Below are positions 26,280 to 35,340 of a stretch of DNA of 64,000 bases, piece by piece. The position numbers and the translations under genes are program-made. Under the pieces are notes generated by a model. The model was given only the letters and a program-made list of their open reading frames with translations. It was not told the DNA's origin and did not search any database. Location: assembly GCA_963773605.1 (NCBI GenBank), contig CAVZBT010000001.1:130173-194172 (forward strand). The letters run 5' to 3'. The DNA is from an uncultured Acidobacteriota bacterium. Its GTDB lineage: Bacteria > Acidobacteriota > UBA6911. How positions within the stretch are numbered: the first letter of the stretch is position 1; each line of letters starts with the position of its first letter.

Positions 26280-27536
26280 ATGAGCCGCAGAGAGCGGGTA
26301 TTGCGCGCACTTGCCCACCGCGCTCCGGACCGGATCCCGGTGGATTTCGGAGGGACGACGGTGACGGGCCTGCACGTGAGCTGTGTGGCGCGGTTACGGG
26401 ACTACTACGGTCTCGAGAAGAAGCCCGTCAAGGCCAGCGACTGCGGTCAGATGCTGGGCGACATTGAAGACGATCTCAAGGCCGCGATGGGGATCGATGT
26501 CGAGGGCGTTTATCGGCGGAGAAACCGTTTTGGCTTTGCCAACGACGGCTGGAAGCCGTGGCGCATGTACGACGGCCTCGAGATCCTGGTCCCGGGGGAT
26601 TTCAACCCGACCATCGACGCCAACGGCGACACGCTGCTGCACCCGGCCGGTGACGCCTCCGCCCCGCCGAGTGCGCGCATGCCGCAAGGCGGGTTTTTCT
26701 TTGACGCGATTATCCGTCAGCAACCGATCGACGACGCGCGCCTGGACCCGGCCGACAACCTGGAGGAATTCGGGCCCATCCCGGACGACGAGCTCGCGTT
26801 CCTCGAGGCGGACGTCAAGAGGGCGGCCTCGACGGGCCGTGCCGTCGTCGCGAGCTTCGGCGGCACCGCTTTCGGCGACATCGCTCACGTTCCGGGCGTG
26901 GGCCTGCGGCGCCCGAAGGGCATCCGCGACGTCACCGAGTGGTACATCTCGCTGCGCACGCGCCGGGACTACATCGCGCAGGTCTTCGCGGGGCAGTGCC
27001 GGATCGCGCTTGCCAACCTGGAGCGCGTAGCCGCACGCGTGGGGGACCTCGTCGACGTCGTCATGATCTGCGGGACCGATTTTGGGACCCAGACGTCGTC
27101 GTTTTGCTCGGTCGAGACCTTCCGCGACTTGTGGCTGCCGGTCTACCGGGAGGTGAACGACTGGATCCACGCGCACACGCGGTGGAAGTCGCTCAAGCAC
27201 TCCTGCGGCGCCGTGGAGAAATTCATCCCATCCTTCATCGAAGCCGGATTCGACATCCTCAACCCGGTCCAGTGCTCCGCGGTGGGCATGGACGCCGGCC
27301 ACCTGAAGCGGGCGTACGGTGATCGCATCGTGTTCTGGGGCGGCGGGGTCGACACTCAGCGCGTGCTCCCCTTCGGCACGCCTGACGAGGTGCGCGAGCA
27401 GGTGCGGCGCCGCTGCGAGACGTTTTCCCCCGGCGGCGGTTTCGTCTTCAACACTATCCACAACGTCCAGGCCGGTACCCCCGTGGAGAACATCGTCGCC
27501 ATGATCGATGCGCTCGCCGAATTCCACACACCTTGA
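26280..27536 (+). CDS. uroporphyrinogen-decarboxylase (URO-D) family protein
   Basis: 418-aa ORF. The N-terminus RERVLRALAHRAPDRIPVDFGGT and overall length and pattern resemble URO-D / MtaA-like TIM-barrel proteins. Confidence 0.7.
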   Translation: MSRRERVLRALAHRAPDRIPVDFGGTTVTGLHVSCVARLRDYYGLEKKPVKASDCGQMLGDIEDDLKAAMGIDVEGVYRRRNRFGFANDGWKPWRMYDGLEILVPGDFNPTIDANGDTLLHPAGDASAPPSARMPQGGFFFDAIIRQQPIDDARLDPADNLEEFGPIPDDELAFLEADVKRAASTGRAVVASFGGTAFGDIAHVPGVGLRRPKGIRDVTEWYISLRTRRDYIAQVFAGQCRIALANLERVAARVGDLVDVVMICGTDFGTQTSSFCSVETFRDLWLPVYREVNDWIHAHTRWKSLKHSCGAVEKFIPSFIEAGFDILNPVQCSAVGMDAGHLKRAYGDRIVFWGGGVDTQRVLPFGTPDEVREQVRRRCETFSPGGGFVFNTIHNVQAGTPVENIVAMIDALAEFHTP

Positions 27537-27760
27537 GGATTGCCGCAAGGGCTGCCCGGTTCGCCCCGCCAGCCACCCGGACCCCGGGCGTGAGTCCTGC
27601 GTACACTGTATCCGGAGACAAGCCCTGGAAGGGCGACACACATTTCAAGATCGTACAGAGTTCAGGTCGAGGCACCGCACTTCCAAGCGCCGCAGGAAAT
27701 CTCTATCGTGAAAAAAACCCGAGAATGAGCGGAGGTACTAAGGGATTTTGGCTTCGGGGG

Positions 27761-27769
27761 TGATACAAT
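27761..27769 (+). promoter_or_regulatory. candidate extended -10 promoter element TGaTACAAT (short leader)
   Basis: TGATACAAT ends 13 nt before ATG 27783, with no Shine-Dalgarno sequence in between. Confidence 0.35.
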
Positions 27770-27782
27770 CCGCCTCGCTATC

Positions 27783-28679
27783 ATGGGCAATCAAGACAAC
27801 TTCTATCGGGAAATACTGGACAATCTGAGCGACGGCGTGTACTTCACCGATCCGCAGCGGCGCATCACGTTCTGGAACAAGGGGGCCGAGAAGCTCACCG
27901 GCTACGCGCGCGATGAAGTGCTGGGCAAGCGGTGCATGGATAACATCCTGATGCACGTCAACAGCTCGGGACGGCTCCTGTGCCAGTCGTCGTGCCCGCT
28001 GTCGGACACGCTGGCGGACGGCATGCCGCGCGAGTGCGAGTTGTACCTGCACCACAAGGAGGGACACCGCGTCCCCGTGCTCGTCCGCACGTCGCCGATC
28101 ATCGACCGGGACGGCGTCGTCGTGGGTGCCGTCGAGATTTTCAGCACCACCCAGTCGAAAGCCGCGCTGGCCGAGAGGCTCGCGTCGATGCAGAAAATGG
28201 CCCTCATCGACGCGCTGACCGAATTGCCCAACCGCCGGTTCCTCGAGATGCAGCTCCGCACTAGGCTGGACGACCTGGGCCGCCACCGGATCGAGTTCGG
28301 TGTGCTGTTCGCGGACATCGACGGGTTCAAGGAGATCAACGACACCCACGGGCACGAGACCGGGGACAGGGTGCTGAAGATGGTCGCCCGCACCCTGAGC
28401 GGCAGCACGCGGCCGTCGGACATCGTGGGGCGGTGGGGCGGGGAAGAGTTTCTGTGCATCATCAGCCGCACGGGGCTGCGCGACCTGGCGGAGATCGGCG
28501 AGCGCTTCCGGGCGCTCGTGCAGCAGTGCAGCACGGACGCCCCCGTGCCGGTGCGGGTCACGATCTCCATCGGGGGCGCGTATGCGGCGCCCGAGGACAC
28601 GCTGGCGACCCTCGTCGACCGCGCCGACAAGATGCTGTACCGAGCCAAGACAGGGGGGCGCAACCGCGTCTGCCTGTGA
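27783..28679 (+). CDS. PAS-domain diguanylate cyclase (GGDEF)
   Basis: PAS-like N-terminus (ILDNLSDGVYFTDPQRRITFWNKGAEKLTGY). GGDEF domain with DALTELPNRR, FADIDGFKEIND, the GGEEF active-site motif (RWGGEEFLCII) and YRAKTGGRNRV. Confidence 0.9.
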   Translation: MGNQDNFYREILDNLSDGVYFTDPQRRITFWNKGAEKLTGYARDEVLGKRCMDNILMHVNSSGRLLCQSSCPLSDTLADGMPRECELYLHHKEGHRVPVLVRTSPIIDRDGVVVGAVEIFSTTQSKAALAERLASMQKMALIDALTELPNRRFLEMQLRTRLDDLGRHRIEFGVLFADIDGFKEINDTHGHETGDRVLKMVARTLSGSTRPSDIVGRWGGEEFLCIISRTGLRDLAEIGERFRALVQQCSTDAPVPVRVTISIGGAYAAPEDTLATLVDRADKMLYRAKTGGRNRVCL

Positions 28680-28894
28680 GCGCCACCCCCGGGGGAAACG
28701 CCTGAAGCGGCCGATGTCCGCCGCACCCGGCCGGCCTCGCCTGCCCCACCTCTGGTAGGCGACGGTCTGCCCTGCATCGATGATCGCCAGGACCCTCCTG
28801 GCCCAGATACTCCGCTCCGTTCTGCCGTAGCCTTCGATCCTTCGTGTCCCAGAGGGGACCGCGGTTGCACGGGATCGGCCGGCATCCGCCAAAA

Positions 28895-28928
28895 GGGCGC
28901 CGCCCACAAAGCGGCGTCGAGCCGCCGC
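28895..28928 (+). repeat. partial GC-rich palindromic repeat unit
   Basis: GGGCGCCGCCC, then acaaa, then GCGGCGTCGAGCCGCCGC. The ACTCCA tail is replaced by ctcaat. Confidence 0.6.
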
Positions 28929-29435
28929 CTCAATATGCAATATCTTAGTTCCTATTTAGAGTCTTTCGCATCGGGACAAGGAATCCGCCCGCGCGATCTC
29001 AGTTCGAATGAGCAAAAGAGGCGCGCTGTCGCGTAACGGCCTTGTTGGAGCCTTTCCGAACAGGATTTGGACAGAGAATATCAGCGACGGGTGCTATACC
29101 CCACGCGGCGCTCCTCGGCTGAAATCTCTGCTCATGATGCCGCAAAATGTTTCTCACAAAAACGATTGGAGCCGCCGGCTGGGGCGCGGAGAGCGCGGAT
29201 TCCGCCCGATTGTGGCGGGTTGCGGGGCGCGGCGCGATTTTTGGGGTTGTCTATCCCCGGGGGATGCAGTAGCATTTCAACCATGCTTGTTGATCGGGAG
29301 ATCCTACTTCCTATTTGCGCTTCGCAACTCCGTAGATCGTGCTATTTCTCCCCCCGTCCGCTTGCTTTCGCTGAATCGTAAACGGTCCCCATTTTCCGCG
29401 GGCCGTGGGCCGTAGTCTTAAGCCAAGGGGGTTCG

Positions 29436-29906
29436 ATGCAGCCAAAGGACAATGCCCGCGCGTGTTTTACGCAGTGGGCGACGAAAACTTTTCTGGCCGG
29501 GGCGACCGTCGTCCTGATGTGTCACATCTCGGGCGGCGGCACGCAGGGTCGTGCCGCGGACCCCGAGGGGGCGGAAGGGGTTGTGCCCGGGCCTGCGATG
29601 GAGTTCCAGGCGACCGCGTACTGTGAATCGGGGATAACGAGGTCGGGGGTGCCGGCGGCTCCGGGACTGGCGGCCGCCGACCCCGCGGTGCTACCCCTGG
29701 GGACCCTCGTGCAGGTGGAAGGCGCGCGCCACCGCGGCATTTACCGGGTGATGGACACCGGGCGCCTGGTCAAAGGGCGCATCATCGACATCTACATGTC
29801 CAACCTGCAGCAGGCGATCAACTTCGGACGCCAGAAGGTGACCGTCAGCGTCATACGCTACGGCCGTCCCGGGAGCTACGGAAAGGTCTTCGCCCAGTCG
29901 GATTGA
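29436..29906 (+). CDS. 3D-domain (MltA/RlpA-like double-psi beta-barrel) protein, secreted
   Basis: 156-aa ORF with AAGGGGG before the ATG. C-terminal ATAYC..GITRSG...AADPAVLPLGTLVQVEG...YRVMDTG..VKGRIIDIYM matches the 3D-domain pattern. Confidence 0.75.
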   Translation: MQPKDNARACFTQWATKTFLAGATVVLMCHISGGGTQGRAADPEGAEGVVPGPAMEFQATAYCESGITRSGVPAAPGLAAADPAVLPLGTLVQVEGARHRGIYRVMDTGRLVKGRIIDIYMSNLQQAINFGRQKVTVSVIRYGRPGSYGKVFAQSD

Positions 29907-29932
29907 CCTGGGCCGCGGCGATCTTGCCGGTC

Positions 29933-31480
29933 TCACGCTGTTCGGCTCTGCTGCGCCGGCGGCGCCTCTCCGGTGGCGCTGTTGAGCCTCAGGAGCACGC
30001 AGAATTCAGATCCCCCCCCGGGATTGTCCTGCACCCAGATGGCGCCGCGGTGCGCCTCCACGACGGTCTGTGCGATCGCCAGGCCGAGGCCAACACCCTG
30101 GCCCGCGAGTTTGCGCCGGGGGGCGGCCCTCTGAAACTTCTCAAAAATGCTTTCCTTATTGGGATCGGGAACCCCGGGTCCCGAGTCGGCGATCGTGAGT
30201 TGGGCGAAGCCGCCGTCGGCGGCCTGGTCCGCGAGCGCTTCGCGCCACCTGGCCGGCATGCGGGTCGGCATGCCCGGCAGCTGCTCGAGCCGCGCCCGGA
30301 CCGTGCCTGATTTAGGGGTGAATTTGACGGCGTTGCCGATCAGGTTGGCGATGACCTGCACGACGCGGTCCCCGTCGCACTCGACCAGCACGGGCTGTTC
30401 AGGGATCTCCGTCTGCAGGCTGATGCGCTTTTCCGCCGCCAGGGTCTCGTATTGGCCCACCGCGGCCTGCACCAGGGGCGCGAGGGGTTGCGGTTTGAGA
30501 TCGTACTCCATGATGCCCGCCTCCATTTTGGAGATGTCCAGGAGGTTCCCGACGATGGAACTCAGGGTGCGCGCGCTCTGCATGTTCAGTTCGAGCAGCC
30601 GCCGTTGCTTGTCCGTGAGTGGGCCGGGAATCTGTTCGAGCAGCAGCTGGGTGGTTTCCCGCATGGAGGCGAGGGGCGCCTTCAGCTCGTGCGACACGTG
30701 CGACACGAAGTCCTTCTTCATGATGTCGAGTTCGCCGAGCCGTTCGGTCATGGTGTTGAAGTCGCGGGCGACCTGGGCGAACTCGTCTCTCCGCGACGTG
30801 TCCAGCCTGTAGTAGAACTTTCCCGCCGCGATCGCGCGCGTCCCTTCGGTGAGCTGCTTGAGCGGGACCGAAATCGAGCGGACGATCAGGAGCGACACGA
30901 AGGCGCCCACCATCAGGGCGGTCAGGGCTGTGAACCAGGACATCAGCTCGGCGCGCTGGCCCGTCTCGCGGGCGAGCTCCGCTTCGCTGGCCATGGACTG
31001 CAGGACCTGCTGGTACACCGTGTACGCCTGCGTCCGGAGCGAGTCGAGGCTGTCCTGCAGCTCGGCCGGGAATTCCGGGCGTTTCTGCGCGCCGCGCGCC
31101 TGCTCGCGCGCCAGCGTCTCGCGGAACGCGCCCCAGAACCGGGAAAACCGGACGACCTCGTCCCGCTCGCGTGCGGTCACGGCTTTGGTGCGGATCTGCT
31201 GCAGGCTGGTCTCGAGATCCTCCGTGAAGCCGCGCAGCTGCTCGCTGTACTCGGGATCGCCGATGACCAGCGCCTTCTTGGCGTATTCCTCGACCAGGTC
31301 GCGGTCGCGCATCAACTGCAAGGCGACCAGCGCCGCCTGAAAGTTGACGCGAGCGACCGTGTTTCCGATCGCCTGCATCCGGTGGATGGCCATCACCTGG
31401 TAGGCGAGCAACGCCGCCAGCAGGGCGATCAGCACGCCGTATCCGGAGATGATTCGTGTCGCGATCTTCATTCTGCCCAC
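29933..31480 (-). CDS. sensor histidine kinase (TM-HAMP-HisKA-HATPase)
   Basis: H-box SHELKAPLASM, N-box IGNAVKFTP, G-boxes DSGPGVP and GQGVGLGLAIA. The start is either GTG 31480 or ATG 31471. Confidence 0.9.
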   Translation of the reverse strand: MGRMKIATRIISGYGVLIALLAALLAYQVMAIHRMQAIGNTVARVNFQAALVALQLMRDRDLVEEYAKKALVIGDPEYSEQLRGFTEDLETSLQQIRTKAVTARERDEVVRFSRFWGAFRETLAREQARGAQKRPEFPAELQDSLDSLRTQAYTVYQQVLQSMASEAELARETGQRAELMSWFTALTALMVGAFVSLLIVRSISVPLKQLTEGTRAIAAGKFYYRLDTSRRDEFAQVARDFNTMTERLGELDIMKKDFVSHVSHELKAPLASMRETTQLLLEQIPGPLTDKQRRLLELNMQSARTLSSIVGNLLDISKMEAGIMEYDLKPQPLAPLVQAAVGQYETLAAEKRISLQTEIPEQPVLVECDGDRVVQVIANLIGNAVKFTPKSGTVRARLEQLPGMPTRMPARWREALADQAADGGFAQLTIADSGPGVPDPNKESIFEKFQRAAPRRKLAGQGVGLGLAIAQTVVEAHRGAIWVQDNPGGGSEFCVLLRLNSATGEAPPAQQSRTA

Positions 31481-31505
31481 GCGGGCCCGGGGGAAGGGGA
31501 ATCCG

Positions 31506-32867
31506 TCAGACGATCCCGTACGCCTTCAGTTTGTTGCGGATGGTTTTGACATCCAGGCCCAGCTGGCGCGCCGCTTCGGCCTTGTTGTTCCCGGTTTTCT
31601 TCAGCGTCTTGAGGATGAGCTCTTTCTCTGCGTCTGCCGCCGTCACGCCCATGGGCAGGACGATCTTGGCCACGGAGTCGGTGCGGGCGCTGACGATATA
31701 GGCCGGAAGGTGGGACGTTTCGATCCAATTTCCTTTGGACAGGATCACGGCCCGCTCCATGACGTTGCGCAGCTCGCGGACGTTGCCGGGCCACGGGTAC
31801 GACTTCAGGAGCTCCTGCACATCGTCGCGCATGGCTTCGACGCGGGCGTTGTGCTTGCGGTTGAACTCGCGGATGAAGCTCTGGGCCAGCAAGACGATGT
31901 CTGCTTTCTTCTCGCGCAACGGCGGCAGGGCGACGGTGAAGACGTTGAGCCGGTAGAAGAGGTCTTCGCGCAGCCTGCCGGCCTCGACCGCCCCGCGCGG
32001 TTCCTGGTTGGTCGCCGCCAGAACCCGGACATCCACCAAGAACTCCTGGTTGCCGCCGAGACGCCGTACGCGCCGGTCCTCCAGGACGCGCAGGAGCTTG
32101 GGCTGCAGCGCCAGCGGCATCTCCGCTATTTCGTCCAGAAACAGGGTCCCGCGGTTGGCCAGTTCGAAGCAGCCGGCGCGCACCCCCACGGCCCCCGTGA
32201 ACGCCCCCTTTTCGTGCCCGAAGATTTCGCTCTCCATCAGGTTTTCGGGGATCGCCGCCGCGTTGATGGCCACAAACGGTCCCTTGGCGCGCGCGCTCAG
32301 CTGGTGGATTGTGCGTGCGGCCAGCTCTTTCCCCGTGCCGCTTTCGCCGGTGACGATCACCGAGGCGTCGCTCGAGCTGAGGCTCGAAATCAGATCGTAC
32401 ACCTCGCGCATCGGCTTGCTGGTCCCGATGAACTCGCCGAATCCCGCCCCACGGTCGAGCTGCGAAACCATCTTGCGGGACTCGCGCCGCAGCTCCATGT
32501 CTTTCTCGGCCGAGTCGAGGATCGCCTTCAGCTTGAGGTAGTCAATCGGCTTGGTGATGAAATCCTGCGCACCCTCCTTCATCGCTTCGACCGCCACGTC
32601 GATGCTCGCCTGGGCCGTCACCAGAATGATCGGCCGGTCGGCGTCCCCCGACTTCAGCGACCGGAGCAGATCGAGACCGGAAATCTGCGGCATCACGACA
32701 TCCGAGATGACCACGTCCGGGTCAAAGCTCTCCGCCTGCTCCTTCCCCTCGAACCCGTCCGCGGCCAGCCGCACCTCAAACCCCCACTCCTGGAGGCGCA
32801 TTTCCAGCACCTCCCTCATGGCGGCCTCATCGTCCACGACTAGGATCTTCGTTTTGCGATTGATCAT
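31506..32867 (-). CDS. sigma54-dependent response regulator (NtrC family)
   Basis: The start is taken at MINRKTKILVVDDE (ATG 32867) inside ORF 31506-32990. Receiver domain; AAA+ domain with ESGTGKE and the GAFTGA loop (EKGAFTGA); C-terminal Fis-type HTH NKAEAARQLGLDVKTIRNKL. Confidence 0.9.
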   Translation of the reverse strand: MINRKTKILVVDDEAAMREVLEMRLQEWGFEVRLAADGFEGKEQAESFDPDVVISDVVMPQISGLDLLRSLKSGDADRPIILVTAQASIDVAVEAMKEGAQDFITKPIDYLKLKAILDSAEKDMELRRESRKMVSQLDRGAGFGEFIGTSKPMREVYDLISSLSSSDASVIVTGESGTGKELAARTIHQLSARAKGPFVAINAAAIPENLMESEIFGHEKGAFTGAVGVRAGCFELANRGTLFLDEIAEMPLALQPKLLRVLEDRRVRRLGGNQEFLVDVRVLAATNQEPRGAVEAGRLREDLFYRLNVFTVALPPLREKKADIVLLAQSFIREFNRKHNARVEAMRDDVQELLKSYPWPGNVRELRNVMERAVILSKGNWIETSHLPAYIVSARTDSVAKIVLPMGVTAADAEKELILKTLKKTGNNKAEAARQLGLDVKTIRNKLKAYGIV

Positions 32868-33256
32868 TGGAACCCGTCCTTCGGCTTGGTCGTAACACGC
32901 CTCGCTCTGCCGCACTCGTGCGGCGACCAAGGGGGGAGCCCGATGCAAAACATTCCTCGATGCAACATCGAATCCAGCATGCTGCATCACCCGGTTTCCT
33001 GCCTTGAGCCCCCGCAGGCCTTATCGACGGGAAATTCTACCGCTTTTCCCGGTAGAGGTTAAGGGAAGAATTCCCCGATAGCGTGGGCCGCCCGCGCGCG
33101 AGGCGTGTCCCCTCCGCGCCAGACACGCGTTTTCAGATACAGCAGGGCATCTTTGAGGAAAAATTCCCCGTTTTCACTTTCCGGTCCTACGCGCCAATAC
33201 CGGGTTGCGGTGGGCAAACCACTGCGTTGGATCATGTTACACCGGATCTCTCCGAA

Positions 33257-33271
33257 TGGTACGCCAATTGC
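33257..33271 (+). promoter_or_regulatory. sigma54 (-24/-12) promoter candidate
   Basis: TGGTACGCCAATTGC matches TGGCACG-N4-TTGC at 14 of the 15 positions' fixed bases (C to T at one position), with correct GG/GC spacing. It lies 143 nt upstream of ATG 33414, in the gap divergent from the NtrC-type activator gene. Confidence 0.6.
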
Positions 33272-33413
33272 CCACGATCAGGGCGTGGCGTACCGGCACG
33301 GGAAAGTCAATGGGTACGGGATAGACCCGGCCGGGTAAGCCGTGGAGACATAGTACTTAATGCACATAGCGGGAAAGGGTTTTACCGGAATCCAGTACCG
33401 GTATGGGGAATGC

Positions 33414-33989
33414 ATGTCGGGTAACGGAAGAAAGAAATCCATACTGGTCGTCGATGACGAAGTGACCTTTCGCGAAGTCCTCAAGATGGCTATCGAGCCA
33501 TGGGGGTACGAGGTGCATCTGGCCGAGGATGGGAGAGCAGCCCTGGAGTTGTACGAAGCCATCCGCCCCGACATCGTCCTCTCCGACATGATTATGCCCA
33601 ACCTGGACGGGCTTGGCATGCTCAGGGCGCTGAAACTGCAGCACCCTGGTTCCATCGTGATCCTGTTCACGGCGTATGCCAGCCTGGCGAATGCCATCGC
33701 CGCGATCCGGGAAGGGGCAGCGGATATGCTGACCAAGCCGGTCGATTTCGTCCGGCTGAGGTCGCAACTCGAGAGCCTGCTGAAGGCACGCGACGAAAAC
33801 GTCCCGGTAGCCGCAGGTTCCGGGGAGGAAGTATTTCAGCACGTTCCTTCCAATTCCGGTGCCCGCCCGCCGGAATCTGACCTCACAATGCGCGAGCAGC
33901 GCCCTCAAGAAACCTTCCAAAACGCCGGTATCTCATCCCTTCCTGGCGGCCGGCTCTCTGCTCCAGGCCCGACGCGCCGTGAGCGCTAA
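33414..33989 (+). CDS. single-domain (CheY-like) response regulator with unstructured C-terminal tail
   Basis: The start is MSGNGRKKSILVVDDE. Receiver motifs are present (DD, D in VLSDMIMP, T in FTAY, K in TKP). No recognisable output domain. Confidence 0.8.
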   Translation: MSGNGRKKSILVVDDEVTFREVLKMAIEPWGYEVHLAEDGRAALELYEAIRPDIVLSDMIMPNLDGLGMLRALKLQHPGSIVILFTAYASLANAIAAIREGAADMLTKPVDFVRLRSQLESLLKARDENVPVAAGSGEEVFQHVPSNSGARPPESDLTMREQRPQETFQNAGISSLPGGRLSAPGPTRRER

Positions 33990-34183
33990 GCTCATAGCCA
34001 GTCGGGCCGGGACGCGGTGAACCATCCCGGTCCTGCACCAATATCACGGATGACCTGCTGACCCGATCGGGACTTACGCCACAAGCGCCAAGACAAAACC
34101 CGCGCCACCTCTGAAGCCGGCGTGGTACGCAAGAACCTCGGTTTTCCAGGCCTGACTCCGGATTCGGTGGAATATGATAGGCC

Positions 34184-35329
34184 ATGGGCGATCTGCTCTT
34201 CTTTTGTCTGGCCGATGATCTGACTGGCGCGCTCGAAATCGGCTCCAGGTTCGCCGGCGAAGGGCTGGCCGCGCTCGTGTCGACGCGGAGCTTTCCAGGA
34301 TGCGATGTCCCCGATGCGGTGCAGGCGCTCGTCGTCGATACCGAGACACGGCACGTGCTTCCGGGGGAAGCCTGCCTAAAGGTGTTCCAGGCGGCTTCCG
34401 CGGCCCCTTCGTCTGCGCTCATCTATAAGAAGACCGACTCGACCCTGCGCGGGAACATCGCCTCCGAGATGCGGGGGCTCGCGGCGGCCTTCCCGGGCAT
34501 GCCGATCATCTACGTTCCGGCCTATCCCGAGATGGGACGCACGGTCCGGAGCGGGCGCCTGTACGTGGGCGGCATTGCGGTGGAGCACACCGGCTTCGCC
34601 GCCGATCCGCTGAATCCCGCGCGCGAAAGTCACATCCCAACTCTTTTGGCCGCGGAGGTCGCCACCGTGGCCGTCGCTCCCGAGGGGATCCGCAACGCGT
34701 CGGGATCGGCGGTGCACGTCGTCGATGCGGAGACCGACGACGAGGTGGGGCGCGCGGCCGAGGCATTCTGCTCGAGCGGCCTGCGCCTGGCTGCCGGTCC
34801 GGCGGAGTTTGCGGCGCACCTGGCCCGCAGGAGCGGCGGGGCGCGGACCCGGCCCCGTCTGCTCCCGACGATCCGGACCTGCCTCGTCGTCAACGGGAGC
34901 CTGAACGAGCGGTCCGCGCTGCAGATCGATGTGGCGCGGGGGTGGTTGCCGGTGTGCCCCCCGGGCCACGCCGCCCAGGCTCTGGCCCGCTCCCCCTGGG
35001 TGCTGCTGAACACCGCCGCGCTGGGAAGTTCCGGACTCGAGCGTGCCCGGGATGTCGGGAAAATAGTGCGCGAGGTGCTCGACCGCGCCGAGGTTGATGC
35101 TATGGTAGTGTTCGGTGGAGACACCGCTTTCGGCATTCTGCAGGCCCTGGGCGAACCCGCGCTGCATCCCGTCGGGGATGTGGTCCCCGGTGTCCCGCTG
35201 TCGTTTATCTCGCGAACCGATCTGCGCCGCGGCGCCACACGGAGCGACCTCTTCCTGATCAGCAAGGCAGGTGGGTTCGGTTCGCGTGATGTTCTGGGTT
35301 TAATCCGGGCGCGTATGGCCCGGGAATAA
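34184..35329 (+). CDS. four-carbon acid-sugar kinase family protein (DUF1537)
   Basis: The N-terminal motif ADDLTGALE is typical of DUF1537 / YgbK-like kinases. About 380 aa. It lies immediately upstream of a PdxA-family gene. Confidence 0.75.
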   Translation: MGDLLFFCLADDLTGALEIGSRFAGEGLAALVSTRSFPGCDVPDAVQALVVDTETRHVLPGEACLKVFQAASAAPSSALIYKKTDSTLRGNIASEMRGLAAAFPGMPIIYVPAYPEMGRTVRSGRLYVGGIAVEHTGFAADPLNPARESHIPTLLAAEVATVAVAPEGIRNASGSAVHVVDAETDDEVGRAAEAFCSSGLRLAAGPAEFAAHLARRSGGARTRPRLLPTIRTCLVVNGSLNERSALQIDVARGWLPVCPPGHAAQALARSPWVLLNTAALGSSGLERARDVGKIVREVLDRAEVDAMVVFGGDTAFGILQALGEPALHPVGDVVPGVPLSFISRTDLRRGATRSDLFLISKAGGFGSRDVLGLIRARMARE

Positions 35330-35340
35330 TCGGAGACGCC

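Noticed and set aside
28960-29020. tRNA-like T-arm (ctcaGTTCGAAtgag) with a possible 6/7-bp acceptor pairing (tctttcg / caaaaga).
   Set aside because: The candidate spans only about 58 nt and has no D-arm or anticodon-arm structure and no CCA-compatible end. At most it is a fortuitous match or a very old tRNA fragment.
29008-29415. ORFs 29008-29415 and 29067-29381 in the long gap upstream of the 3D-domain gene.
   Set aside because: They have no ribosome-binding site and an odd composition, and they overlap each other in different frames. The region is treated as non-coding leader.
29420-29440. GGTTCGAT string resembling a tRNA T-loop.
   Set aside because: It is the ribosome-binding-site and start-codon region of the 3D-domain gene, with no surrounding cloverleaf.
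33195-33225. GGGCAAACC string reminiscent of the c-di-GMP-I (GEMM) riboswitch, within the hairpin gcggtgGGCAAACcactgc.
   Set aside because: The second conserved half (…GACGCAAAGCC…) and the paired P2 structure are absent. This is probably just a small hairpin in the divergent regulatory region.
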